From positions 558,001-622,000 of the forward strand of contig CAXIUT010000230.1 of assembly GCA_964035545.1 (NCBI GenBank): a DNA stretch of 64,000 bases, in the 5' to 3' direction. The stretch comes from Bugula neritina. Lineage: Eukaryota > Animalia > Bryozoa. Below, one piece after another: positions 15,742-32,578 of this stretch. The notes beneath the pieces are model-generated. The model was given only the letters and a program-made list of their open reading frames with translations, was not told where the DNA came from and did not search any database. The number at the start of each line of letters is the position of its first letter. The stretch's first letter is position 1. The position numbers were made by a program, and so were the translations under genes.

Positions 15742-18700
15742 AAATATACTGCAACATACTGAAATACACTGCAAAATACTACAACATATTGAAATACACT
15801 GCAATACATTGAAATATACTGCAACATACCTAAATATACGGTAATATACTGCAATACACTGTAACACATTGAAAAATACTGCAAAATACCGAAATACACT
15901 GCAACATACTACAACATACTGAAATACGCTGTAATACATTGAAATACACTGCAACACATTGAAATATACTGTAACTCGCTGAAACATACTGTAACTCACT
16001 GAAATATAGTGTAATATACGGAAATGTACTGTAAAATACTGGAATATACTGTAACACACTGAAATATACTGCAACATAATGAAATACACTGTAACATACT
16101 GAAATACACTGCAACATCCCGCAACATATTGAAATACACTGCAGCACACTGCAACATACTGCAACATACTAAAATATACTGCAACATACTGAAATACACT
16201 GCAAAATACTGAAATACACTGTAACATACTGAAATATACTGCAACATACTGAAATACACTGCTACATACTGAAATATACTGCAACATACTGCAACATACT
16301 AAAATACACTGCAACATATTGAAATACACTGCAACACATTGAAATATACGGCAAAATACTGAAATACACTGCTACATACTGAAATACACTGCAACACACT
16401 GCAACATACTGCAACATACTAAAATATACTGCAACATACTGAAATACACTGCAAAATACTGAAATACACTGTAACATACTGAAATATACTGCAACATACT
16501 GAAGTACACTCCTACATACTGAAATATACTGCAACTCACTGCAACATACTGCAACATACTAAAATACACTGTAACATATTGAAATACACTGCAACACATT
16601 GAAATATACTGCAAAATACTGAAATACACTGCTACACACTGAAATATACTGCAACACACGGCAACATACTGCAACATACTAAAATATACTGCAACATACT
16701 GAAATACACTGCAAAATACTGAAATACACTGTAACATACTGAAATATACTGCAACATACTGAAATATACTGCTACATACTGAAATATACAGCAACACACT
16801 GCAACATACTGCAACATACTAAAATACACTGTAACATAATGAAATACACTGCAACATACTGAAATACACTGCAAAATACTGAAATACACTGTAACATACT
16901 GAAATATACTGCAACATACTGAAATACACTGCTACATACTGAAATATACGGCAACACACTGCAACATACTGAAACATACTGAAATACACTGTAACATACT
17001 GAAATTCACTGCAACATACTACAACATTTTGAAATACACTGCAACACATTGAAATGTACTGCAACATACCTAAATATACGGTAATATACCAAAATACACT
17101 GTAACATAATGAAAAATACTGCAACATACTGAAACACACTTCAACACACTGAAAAACACTGCAAAATACTGTAACACACTGAATGATACTGCAAAATACT
17201 GAAATACACTGCTACATACTGAAATATACTGCAACACACTGCAACATACTGCAACATACTAAAATATACTGCAACATACTGAAATACACTGCAAAATACT
17301 GAAATACACTGTAACATACTGAAATACACTGCAAAATACTACAACATATTGAAATACACTGCAATACATTGAAGTATACTGCAACATACCTAAATATACG
17401 GTAATATACTGAAATATACTGTAACACATTGAAAAATACTGCAAAATACTGAAATACACTGCAACATACTACAACATACTGAAATACGCTGTAATATATT
17501 GAAATACACTGCAACACATTGAAATATACTGTAACTCGCTGAAACATACTGTAACTCACTGAAATATAGTGTAATATACGGAAATGTACTGTAAAATAAA
17601 GGAATATACTGTAACACACTGAAATATACTGCAACATAATTAAATACACTGTAACATACTGAAATACACTGCAACATCCCACAACATATTGAAATACACT
17701 GCAGCACACTGCAACATACTAAAATATACTGCAACATACTGAAATACACTGCAAAATACTGAAATATACTGCAACATACTGCAACATACTAAAATACACT
17801 GTAACATATTGAAATACACTGCAACACATTGAAATATATGGCAAAATACTGAAATACACTGCTACATACTGAAATATACTGCAACACACTGCAACATACT
17901 GCAACATACTAACATTTACTGCAACATACTGAAATACACTGCAGAATACTGAAATACACTGTAACATACTGAAATATACTGCGACACATTGCAATATACT
18001 GTAACATACTGAAATATGCTGTAGCACATTGAAATACACTGCAACTCACTGAAATATACTGCAACATACTGAAATACACTGTAACATATTGAAATACACT
18101 GCAACATACTGAAATACAGTGCTACATACTGAAATATACTGCAACATACTGCAACATACTGAAATACACTGTAACAAACTGAAATACACTGCAACATACT
18201 ACAACATTTTGAAACACACTGCAACACATTGAAATATACTGCAACATTCCTAAATATACGGTAATATATCAAAATATACTGTAACACATTGAAAAATACT
18301 GCAACATACTGAAATACACTGCATTACACTGAAAAACATTGCAAAATACTGTAACACACTGAAATATACTGCAAAACACTGAAATACACTGCTACATACT
18401 GAAATATACTGCAACACAGTGCAACATACTGCAACATACTAAAATATACTGCAACATACTGAAATACACTGCAGAATACTGATATACACTGTAACATACT
18501 GAAATACACTGCAAAATACTACAACATTTTGAAATACACTGCAATACATTGAAATATACTGCAACTTACCTAAATATACGGTAATATACTGAAATATACT
18601 GTAATACATTGAAAAATACTACAAAATACTGAAATACACTGCAACATACTACAACATACTGAAATACGCTGTAATACATTGAATATACTGCAACATATCT

Positions 18701-21700
18701 AAATATGCGGTAATATACTGAAATAAACTATAACACATTGAAAATACTGCAACATACTGAAATACACTGCAACACACCGAAATATACTGCAAAATAAAAC
18801 AACATACTGAAATACACTGTAACATATTGAAATACACTGTAACACATTGAAATATACTGCAACATACCGAGATATATTGTAAACTACTGAAATATACTGT
18901 AACACATTGAAAAATACTGCAACATACTGAAATTTACTGCGACACATTGCAATATACTGTAACATACTGAAATATGCTGTAGCACACTGAAATACACTGC
19001 AACTCACTGAAATATACTGCAAAATACTGAAATACACTAAAACATATTGAAAAATAATGCAACATACTGAAATACACTGTAACATACTGAAATACACTGC
19101 CAAATACTACAACATATTGAAATACACTGCAACGAACCTAAATGTACGGTAAGATACTGAAATATACTGTAACACATTAAAAAGTACAGCAACATACTGA
19201 AAGATACTGCAAGATACTGCAACATACTAAAATACACTGTAACATAATGAAACACACTGCAACATACTGCATTATACTGACATACACTGGAACATAATGA
19301 AATACACTGCAACAAATTGAAGTATACTGCAACACACCGAAACATACGGCAACATACTGAAATATACTGCGACAGATTGAAATGTACAGCAACATACTGA
19401 AATATACTGCGACACATTGCAATATACTGCAACATACTGAAATACGCGGTAATATATTGAAATACACTGCAACACATTGAAATATACTGTAACTCGCTGA
19501 AATATAGTGTAATATACGGAAATGTACTGTAACATACTGGAACATACTGTAACACACTGAAGTATACTGCAACATACTGAAATGCAGTGCTACATACTGA
19601 AATATACTGCAACATACTGCAACATACTGAAATACACTGTAACATACTGAAATACACTGCAACATACTACAACATACTGAAATACACTGCTACATACTGA
19701 AATATACTACTACATACTGCAACATTTGGCAACATACTGAAATATACTGCGACACATTGCAATATACTGAAACATACTGAAATATGCTGTAGCACACTGA
19801 AATACACTGCAACTCACTGAAATATACTGCAACATACTGAAATACACTGTGACATACTGAAATATACTGCGACATACTGCACCATACTGAAATACACTGT
19901 AACATACTGAAATACACTGCAACACATTAAAATATACTGCAAAATACTGAAATACACTGCTACATACTGAAATATACTGCAACACACTGCAACATACTGC
20001 AACATACTGAAATATACTGCGACACATTGCAATATACTCTAACATACTGAAATACAGTGCTACATACTGAAATATACTGCAACATACCGAAATACATTGT
20101 AACATGTTGAAATATACTGCAACATACCTAAATATACGGTAATATACCAAAATATACTGTAACACATTGAAAAATACTGCAACATACTGAAATACACTGC
20201 AACCTCTGAAAAACACTGCAAAATACTTTAACACACTCAAATATACTGCAAAACACCGAAATACACTGCTACATACTGAAATATACTGCAACACACTGCA
20301 ACATACTGCAACATACTGAAATATACTGCAACATACTGAAATACACTGCAAAATACTGAAATACACTGTAACATACTGAAATATACTGCGACACATTGCA
20401 ATATACTGTAACATACTGAAATATGCTGTAGCACACTGAAATACACTGAAACTCACTGAAATATACTGCAACATACTGAAATGCACTGTAACATATTGAA
20501 ATATACTGCAACATACTGCAACATACTGAAATACACTGGAACATATTGAAATACACTGCAACAAATTGAAGTATACTGCAACACACTGAAACACACTGAA
20601 ATACACCGCAAAACACTACAACATACTGAAACATACTGCAACATACTGAAATACACTACTACATACTGGAATATACTGCAACATACTGCACCATACTGAA
20701 ATACACTGTAACATACTGAAATACACTGCAACATAATACAATATATTGAAATACACTGCGACACATTGAAATATACTGCAACATACTGAAATATACTGCG
20801 ACAAATTGCAATATACTGTAACATACTGAAATATGCTGTAGCACATTGAAATACACTGCAACTCACTGAAATACACTGCAACATACTGAAACACAGTGCT
20901 ACATACTGAAATATACTGCAACATACTGCAACATACTGAAATACACTGTAACATACTGAAATTCACTGCAACATACTACAACATTTTGAAATACACTGCA
21001 GCACCTTGAAATATACTGCAACATACCTAAATATACGGTAATAGACCAAAATATACTGTAACATCTTGAAAAATACTGCAACATACTGAAATACACTTCA
21101 ACACACTGAAAAACACTGCAAAATACTGTAACACACTGAAATATACTGCAAAACACTGAAATACACTGCTACATACTGAAATATACTGCAACACAGTGCA
21201 ACATACTGCAACATACTGAAATATACTGCAACATACTGAAATACACTGCAAAATACTGAAATACACTGTAAAATACTGAAATACACTGCAAAATACTACA
21301 ACATACTGAAATACACTGCAATACATTGAAAAATACTGCAAAATACCGAAATACACTGCAACATACTACAACATACTGAAATACGCTGTAATACATTGAA
21401 ATACACTGCAACACATTGAAATATACTCTAACTCGCTGAAACATACTGTAACTCACTGAAATATAGTGTAATATACGGAAATATACTGTAAAATACTGGA
21501 ATATACTGTAACACACTGAAATATACTGCAACATAATGAAATACACTGTAACATACTGAAATACACTGCAACATCCCGCAACATATTGAAATACACTGCA
21601 GCACACTGCAACATACTGCAACATACTAACATATACTGCAACATACTGAAATACACTGCAAAATACTGAAATACACTGTAACATACTGAAATATACTGCA

Positions 21701-24700
21701 ACATACTGAAATACACTGCTACGTACTGAAATATACTGCAACATACTGCAACATACTAAAATACACTGTAACATATTGAAATACACTGCAACACATTGAA
21801 ATATACGGCAAAATACTGAAATACACTGCTACATACTGAAATATACTGCAACACACTGCAACATACTGCAACATACTAAAATTTACTGCAACATACTGAA
21901 ATACACTGCAGAATACTGAAATACACTGTAACATACTGAAATATACTGCAAAATACTGAAATACACTGCTACATACTGAAAAATACTGCAACACACTGCG
22001 ACATACTGCAACATACTACAACATATTGAAAGACACTGCAACACATTGAAATACACTGTAACATACTGAAATATACTGCAACATACTGAAATATACTGCT
22101 ACATACTGAAATATACAGCAACACACTGCAACATACTGCAACATACTAAAATACACTGTAACATAATGAAATACACTGCAACATACTGAAATACACTGCA
22201 AAATACTGAAATACACTGTAACATACTGAAATATACTGCAACATACTGAAATACACTGCTACATACTGAAATATACGGCAACACACTGCAACATACTGAA
22301 ACATACTGAAATACACTGTAACATACTGAAATTCACTGCAACATACTACAACATTTTGAAATACACTGCAACACATTGAAATATACTGCAACATACCTAA
22401 ATATACGGTAATATACCAAAATACACTGTAACATAATGAAAAATACTGCAACATACTGAAATACACTTCAACACACTGAAAAACACTGCAAAATACTGTA
22501 ACACACTGAATGATACTGCAAAATACTGAAATACACTGCTACATACTGAAATATACTGCAACACACTGCAACATACTGCAACATACTAAAATATGCTGCA
22601 ACATACTGAAATACACTGCAAAATACTGAAATACACTGTAACATACTGAAATACACTGCAAAATACTACAACATATTGAAATACACTGCAATACATTGAA
22701 GTATACTGCAACATACCTAAATATACGGTAATATACTGAAATATACTGTAACACATTGAAAAATACTGCAAAATACTGAAATACACTGCAACATACTACA
22801 ACATACTGAAATACGCTGTAATACATTGAATTACACTGCAACACATTGAAATAAACTGTAACTCGCTGAAACATACTGTAACTCACTGAAATATAGTGTA
22901 ATATACGGAAATGTACTGTAAAATAATGGAATATACTGTAACACACTGAAATATACTGCAACATAATGAAATACACTGTAACATACTGAAATACACTGCA
23001 ACATCCCGCAACATATTGAAATACACTGCAGCACACTGCAACATACTAAAATATACTGCAACATACTGAAATACACTGCAAAATACTGAAATATACTGCA
23101 ACATACTGCAACATACTAAAATACACTGTAACATATTGAAATACACTGCAACACATTGAAATATACGGCAAAATACTGAAATACACTGCAACATACTAAA
23201 ATATACTGCAACATACTGAAATACACTGCAACATACTAAAATTTACTGCAACATACTGAAATACACTGCAGAATACTGAAATACACTGTAACATACTGAA
23301 ATATACTGCGACACATTGCAATATACTGTAACATACTGAAATATGCTGTAGCACATTGAAATACACTGCAACTCACTGAAATATACTGCAACATACTGAA
23401 ATACACTGTAACATATTGAAATACACTGCAACATACTGAAATACAGTGCTACATACTGAAATATACTGCAACATACTGCAACATACTGAAATACACTGTA
23501 ACAAACTGAAATACACTGCAACATACTACAACATTTTGAAACACACTGCAACACATTGAAATATACTGCAACATTCCTAAATATACGGTAATATATCAAA
23601 ATATACTGTAACACATTGAAAAATACTGCAACATACTGAAATACACTGCATTACACTGAAAAACATTGCAAAATACTGTAACACACTGAAATATACTGCA
23701 AAACACTGAAATACACTGCTACATACTGAAATATACTGCAACACAGTGCAACATACTACAACATACTAAAATATACTGCAACATACTGAAATACACTGCA
23801 GAATACTGATATACACTGTAACATACTGAAATACACTGCAAAATACTACAACATTTTGAAATACACTGCAATACATTGAAATATACTGCAATGTACTGAA
23901 ATATATGGTAAACTACTGCAATATACTGTCACACATTGAAAAATACTGACACATACTGAAATATACTGCGACACAGTGCAATATACTGTAACATACTGAA
24001 ATATGCTGTAGCACACTGAAATACACTGCAACTCACTGAAATATACTGCAACATACTGAAATACACTGTAACATATTGAAATATACTGCAACACACTGCA
24101 ATACACTGCAACATACTACAACATATTGAAAGACACTGCAACACATTGAAATATACTGCAACATACCTAAATATACGGTAATATACCAAAATAAACTGTT
24201 ACACATTGAAAAATACTGCAACATACTGAAATACACTGCATTACACTGAAAAACATTGCAAAATACTGTAACACACTGAAATATACTGCAAAACACTGAA
24301 ATACACTGCTACATACTGAAATATACTGCAACACAGTGCAACATACTGCAACATACTAAAATATACTGCAACATACTGAAATACACTGCAAAATACTACA
24401 ACATATTGAAATACACTGCAATACATTGAAATATACTGCAACATACCTAAATATACGGTAATATACTGCAATACACTGTAACACATTGAAAAATACTGCA
24501 AAATACCGAAATACACTGCAACATACTACAACATACTGAAATACGCTGTAATACATTGAAATACACTGCAACACATTGAAATATACTGTAACTCGCTGAA
24601 ACATACTGTAACTCACTGAAATATAGTGTAATATACGGAAATGTACTGTAAAATACTGGAATATACTGTAACACACTGAAATATACTGCAACATAATGAA

Positions 24701-27700
24701 ATACACTGTAACATACTGAAATACACTGCACCATCCTGCAACATATTGAAATACACTGCAGCACACTGCAACATACTGCAACATACTAAAATATACTGCA
24801 ACATACTGAAATACACTGCAAAATACTGAAATACACTGTAACATACTGAAATATACTGCAACATACTGAAATACACTGCTACATACTGAAATATACTGCA
24901 ACATACTGCAACATACTAAAATACACTGCAACATATTGAAATACACTGCAACACATTGAAATATACGGCAAAATACTGAAATACACTGCTACATACTGAA
25001 ATACACTGCAACACACTGCAACATACTGCAACATGCTAAAATATACTGCAACATACTGAAATACACTGCAAAATACTGAAATACACTGTAACATACTGAA
25101 ATATACTGCAACATACTGAAGTACACTCCTACATACTGAAATATACTGCAACTCACTGCAACATACTGCAACATACTAAAATACACTGTAACATATTGAA
25201 ATACACTGCAACACATTGAAATATACTGCAAAATACTGAAATACACTGCTACACACTGAAATATACTGCAACACACGGCAACATACTGCAACATACTAAA
25301 ATATACTGCAACATACTGAAATACACTGCAAAATACTGAAATACACTGTAACATACTGAAATATACTGCAACATACTGAAATATACTGCTACATACTGAA
25401 ATATACAGCAACACACTGCAACATACTGCAACATACTAAAATACACTGTAACATAATGAAATACACTGCAACATACTGAAATACACTGCAAAATACTGAA
25501 ATACACTGTAACATACTGAAATATACTGCAACATACTGAAATACACTGCTACATACTGAAATATACGGCAACACACTGCAACATACTGAAACATACTGAA
25601 ATACACTGTAACATACTGAAATTCACTGCAACATACTACAACATTTTGAAATACACTGCGACACATTGAAATGTACTGCAACATACCTAAATATACGGTA
25701 ATATACCAAAATACACTGTAACATAATGAAAAATACTGCAACATACTGAAACACACTTCAACACACTGAAAAACACTGCAAAATACTGTAACACACTGAA
25801 TGATACTGCAAAATACTGAAATACACTGCTACATACTGAAATATACTGCAACACACTGCAACATACTGCAACATACTAAAATATACTGCAACATACTGAA
25901 ATACACTGCAAAATACTGAAATACACTGTAACATACTGAAATACACTGCAAAATACTACAACATATTGAAATACACTGCAATACATTGAAGTATACTGCA
26001 ACATACCTAAATATACGGTAATATACTGAAATATACTGTAACACATTGAAAAATACTGCAAAATACTGAAATACACTGCAACATACTACAACATACTGAA
26101 ATACGCTGTAATACATTGAAATACACTGCAACACATTGAAATATACTATAACTCGCTGAAACATACTGTAACTCACTGAAATATAGTGTAATATACGGAA
26201 ATGTACTGTAAAATAAAGGAATATACTGTAACACACTGAAATATACTGCAACATAATTAAATACACTGTAACATACTGAAATACACTGCAACATCCCACA
26301 ACATATTGAAATACACTGCAGCACACTGCAACATACTAAAATATACTGCAACATACTGAAATACACTGCAAAATACTGAAATATACTGCAACATACTGCA
26401 ACATACTAAAATACACTGTAACATATTGAAATACACTGCAACACATTGAAATATATGGCAAAATACTGAAATACACTGCTACATACTGAAATATACTGCA
26501 ACACACTGCAACATACTGCAACATACTAACATTTACTGCAACATACTGAAATACACTGCAGAATACTGAAATACACTGTAACATACTGAAATATACTGCG
26601 ACACATTGCAATATACTGTAACATACTGAAATATGCTGTAGCACATTGAAATACACTGCAACTCACTGAAATATACTGCAACATACTGAAATACACTGTA
26701 ACATATTGAAATACACTGCAACATACTGAAATACAGTGCTACATACTGAAATATACTGCAACATACTGCAACATACTGAAATACACTGTAACAAACTGAA
26801 ATACACTGCAACATACTACAACATTTTGAAACACACTGCAACACATTGAAATATACTGCAACATTCCTAAATATACGGTAATATATCAAAATATACTGTA
26901 ACACATTGAAAAATACTGCAACATACTGAAATACACTGCATTACACTGAAAAACATTGCAAAATACTGTAACACACTGAAATATACTGCAAAACACTGAA
27001 ATACACTGCTACATACTGAAATATACTGCAACACAGTGCAACATACTGCAACATACTAAAATATACTGCAACATACTGAAATACACTGCAGAATACTGAT
27101 ATACACTGTAACATACTGAAATACACTGCAAAATACTACAACATTTTGAAATACACTGCAATACATTGAAATATACTGCAACTTACCTAAATATACGGTA
27201 ATATACTGAAATATACTGTAACACATTGAAAAATACTACAAAATACTGAAATACACTGCAACATACTACAACATACTGAAATACGCTGTAATACATTGAA
27301 TATACTGCAACATATCTAAATATGCGGTAATATACTGAAATAAACTATAACACATTGAAAATACTGCAACATACTGAAATACACTGCAACACACCGAAAT
27401 ATACTGCAAAATAAAACAACATACTGTAATACACTGTAACATATTGAAATACACTGTAACACATTGAAATATACTGCAACATACCGAGATATATTGTAAA
27501 CTACTGAAATATACTGTAACACATTGAAAAATACTGCAACATACTGAAATTTACTGCGACACATTGCAATATACTGTAACATACTGAAATATGCTGTAGC
27601 ACACTGAAATACACTGCAACTCACTGAAATATACTGCAAAATACTGAAATACACTAAAACATATTGAAAAATACTGCAACATACTGAAATACACTGTAAC

Positions 27701-30700
27701 ATACTGAAATACACTGCCAAATACTACAACATATTGAAATACACTGCAACGAACCTAAATGTACGGTAAGATACTGAAATATACTGTAACACATTAAAAA
27801 GTACAGCAACATACTGAAAGATACTGCAAGATACTGCAACATACTAAAATACACTGTAACATAATGAAACACACTGCAACATCCTGCATTATACTGACAT
27901 ACACTGGAACATAATGAAATACACTGCAACAAATTGAAGTGTACTGCAACACAACGAAACATACGGCAACATACTGAAATATACTGCGACAGATTGAAAT
28001 GTACAGCAACATACTGAAATATACTGCGACACATTGCAATATACTGCAACATACTGAAATACGCGGTAATATATTGAAATACACTGCAACACATTGAAAT
28101 ATACTGTAACTCGCTGAAATATAGTGTAATATACGGAAATGTACTGTAACATACTGGAACATACTGTAACACACTGAAGTATACTGCAACATACTGAAAT
28201 GCAGTGCTACATACTGAAATATACTGCAACATACTGCAACATACTGAAATACACTGTAACATACTGAAATACACTGCAACATACTACAACATACTGAAAT
28301 ACACTGCTACATACTGAAATATACTACTACATACTGCAACATTTGGCAACATACTGAAATATACTGCGACACATTGCAATATACTGAAACATACTGAAAT
28401 ATGCTGTAGCACACTGAAATACACTGCAACTCACTGAAATATACTCTAACATACTGAAATACAGTGCTACATACTGAAATATACTGCAACATACCGAAAT
28501 ACACTGTAACATGTTGAAATATACTGCAACATACCTAAATATACAGTAATATACCAAAATATACTGTAACACATTGAAAAATACTGCAACATACTGAAAT
28601 ACACTGCAACCTCTGAAAAACACTGCAAAATACTGTAACACACTCAAATATACTGCAAAACACCGAAATACACTGCTACATACTGAAATATACTGCAACA
28701 CACTGCAACATACTGCAACATACTGAAATATACTGCAACATACTGAAATACACTGCAAAATACTGAAATACACTGTAACATACTGAAATATACTGCGACA
28801 CATTGCAATATACTGTAACATACTGAAATATGCTGTAGCACACTGAAATACACTGAAACTCACTGAAATATACTGCAACATACTGAAATGCACTGTAACA
28901 TATTGAAATATACTGCAACATACTGCAACATACTGAAATACACTGGAACATATTGAAATACACTGCAACAAATTGAAGTATACTGCAACACACTGAAACA
29001 CACTGAAATACACCGCAAAACACTACAACATACTGAAACATACTGCAACATACTGAAATACACTACTACATACTGGAATATACTGCAACATACTGCACCA
29101 TACTGAAATACACTGTAACATACTGAAATACACTGCAACATAATACAATATATTGAAATACACTGCGACACATTGAAATATACTGCAACATACTGAAATA
29201 TACTGCGACACATTGCAATATACTGTAACATACTGAAATATGCTGTAGCACATTGAAATACACTGCAACTCACTGAAATACACTGCAACATACTGAAACA
29301 CAGTGCTACATACTGAAATATACTGCAACATACTGCAACAAACTGAAATACACTGTAACATACTGAAATTCACTGCAACATACTACAACATTTTGAAATA
29401 CACTGCAGCACCTTGAAATATACTGCAACATACCTAAATATACGGTAATAGACCAAAATATACTGTAACATCTTGAAAAATACTGCAACATACTGAAATA
29501 CACTTCAACACACTGAAAAACACTGCAAAATACTGTAACACACTGAAATATACTGCAAAACACTGAAATACACTGCTACATACTGAAATATACTGCAACA
29601 CAGTGCAACATACTGCAACATACTGAAATATACTGCAACATACTGAAATACACTGCAAAATACTGAAATACACTGTAACATACTGAAATACACTGCAAAA
29701 TACTACAACATACTGAAATACACTGCAATACATTGAAAAATACTGCAAAATACCGAAATACACTGCAACATACTACAACATACTGAAATACGCTGTAATA
29801 CATTCAAATACACTGCAACACATTGAAATATACTCTAACTCGCTGAAACATACTGTAACTCACTGAAATATAGTGTAATATACGGAAATATACTGTAAAA
29901 CACTGGAATATACTGTAACACACTGAAATATACTGCAACATAATGAAATACACTGTAACATACTGAAATACACTGCAACATCCCGCAACATATTGAAATA
30001 CACTGCAGCACACTGCAACATACTGCAACATACTAACATATACTGCAACATACTGAAATACACTGCAAAATACTGAAATACACTGTAACATACTGAAATA
30101 TACTGCAACATACTGAAATACACTGCTACGTACTGAAATATACTGCAACATACTGCAACATACTAAAATACACTGTAACATATTGAAATACACTGCAACA
30201 CATTGAAATATACGGCAAAATACTGAAATACACTGCTACATACTGAAATATACTGCAACACACTGCAACATACTGCAACATACTAAAATTTACTGCAACA
30301 TACTGAAATACACTGCAGAATACTGAAATACACTGTAACATACTGAAATATACTGCAAAATACTGAAATACACTGCTACATACTGAAAAATACTGCGACA
30401 CACTGCGACATACTGCAACATACTAAAATACACTGTAACATATTGAAATACACTGCAACACATTGAAATATGCTGCAATGTACCGAAATATATGGTAAAC
30501 TACTGAAATATACTGTCACACATTGAAAAATACTGACACATACTGAAATATACTGCGACACAGTGCAATATACTGTAACATACTGAAATATGCTGTAGCA
30601 CACTGAAATACACTGCAACTCACTGAAATATACTGCAACATACTGAAATACACTGTAACATATTGAAATATACTGCAACATACTGCAATACACTGCAACA

Positions 30701-32578
30701 TACTACAACATATTGAAAGACACTGCAACACATTGAAATACACTGTAACATACTGAAATATACTGCAACATACTGAAATATACTGCTACATACTGAAATA
30801 TACAGCAACACACTGCAACATACTGCAACATACTAAAATACACTGTAACATAATGAAATACACTGCAACATACTGAAATACACTGCAAAATACTGAAATA
30901 CACTGTAACATACTGAAATATACTGCAACATACTGAAATACACTGCTACATACTGAAATATACGGCAACACACTGCAACATACTGAAACATACTGAAATA
31001 CACTGTAACATACTGAAATTCACTGCAACATACTACAACATTTTGAAATACACTGCAATACATTGAAATATACTGCAACATACCTAAATATACGGTAATA
31101 TACCAAAATACACTGTAACATAATGAAAAATACTGCAACATACTGAAATACACTTCAACACACTGAAAAACACTGCAAAATACTGTAACACACTGAATGA
31201 TACTGCAAAATACTGAAATACACTGCTACATACTGAAATATACTGCAACACACTGCAACATACTGCAACATACTAAAATATGCTGCAACATACTGAAATA
31301 CACTGCAAAATACTGAAATACACTGTAACATACTGAAATACACTGCAAAATACTACAACATATTGAAATACACTGCAATACAATGAAGTATACTGCAACA
31401 TACCTAAATATACGGTAATATACTGAAATATACTGTAACACATTGAAAAATACTGCAAAATACTGAAATACACTGCAACATACTACAACATACTGAAATA
31501 CGCTGTAATACATTGAAATACACTGCAACACATTGAAATAAACTGTAACTCGCTGAAACATACTGTAACTCACTGAAATATAGTGTAATATACGGAAATG
31601 TACTGTAAAATAATGGAATATACTGTAACACACTGAAATATACTGCAACATAATGAAATACACTGTAACATACTGAAATACACTGCAACATCCCGCAACA
31701 TATTGAAATACACTGCAGCACACTGCAACATACTAAAATATACTGCAACATACTGAAATACACTGCAAAATACTGAAATATACTGCAACATACTGCAACA
31801 TACTAAAATACACTGTAACATATTGAAATACACTGCAACACATTGAAATATACGGCAAAATACTGAAATACACTGCTACATACTGAAATATACTGCAACA
31901 CACTGCAACATACTGCAACATACTAAAATTTACTGCAACATACTGAAATACACTGCAGAATACTGAAATACACTGTAACATACTGAAATATACTGCGACA
32001 CATTGCAATATACTGTAACATACTGAAATATGCTGTAGCACATTGAAATAATCTGCAACTCACTGAAATATACTGCAACACACTGCAACATACTGCAACA
32101 TACTAAAATTTACTGCAACATACTGAAATACAGTGCTACATACTGAAATATACTGCAACATACTGCAACATACTGAAATACACTGTAACAAACTGAAATA
32201 CACTGCAACATACTACAACATTTTGAAACACACTGCAACACATTGAAATATACTGCAACATTCCTAAATATACGGTAATATATCAAAATATACTGTAACA
32301 CATTGAAAAATACTGCAACATACTGAAATACACTGCATTACACTGAAAAACATTGCAAAATACTGTAACACACTGAAATATACTGCAAAACACTGAAATA
32401 CACTGCTACATACTGAAATATACTGCAACACAGTGCAACATACTACAACATACTAAAATATACTGCAACATACTGAAATACACTGCAGAATACTGATATA
32501 CACTGTAACATACTGAAATACACTGCAAAATACTACAACATTTTGAAATACACTGCAATACATTGAAATATACTGCAA
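15742..32578 (+). repeat. Higher-order tandem duplication of ~8.6 kb (15742-~23891 vs 24359-~32578; offsets 8617, then 8407, then 8687)
   Basis: ORF-track pairs 16262/24879 and 19272/27889 (8617), 20237/28644 and 21719/30126 (8407), 22016/30703 (8687). Both copies share rare variants: CATAATTAAAT, CATCCCACA and AACATTTAC. The offset changes by -210 and then +280 bp. Confidence 0.88.
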
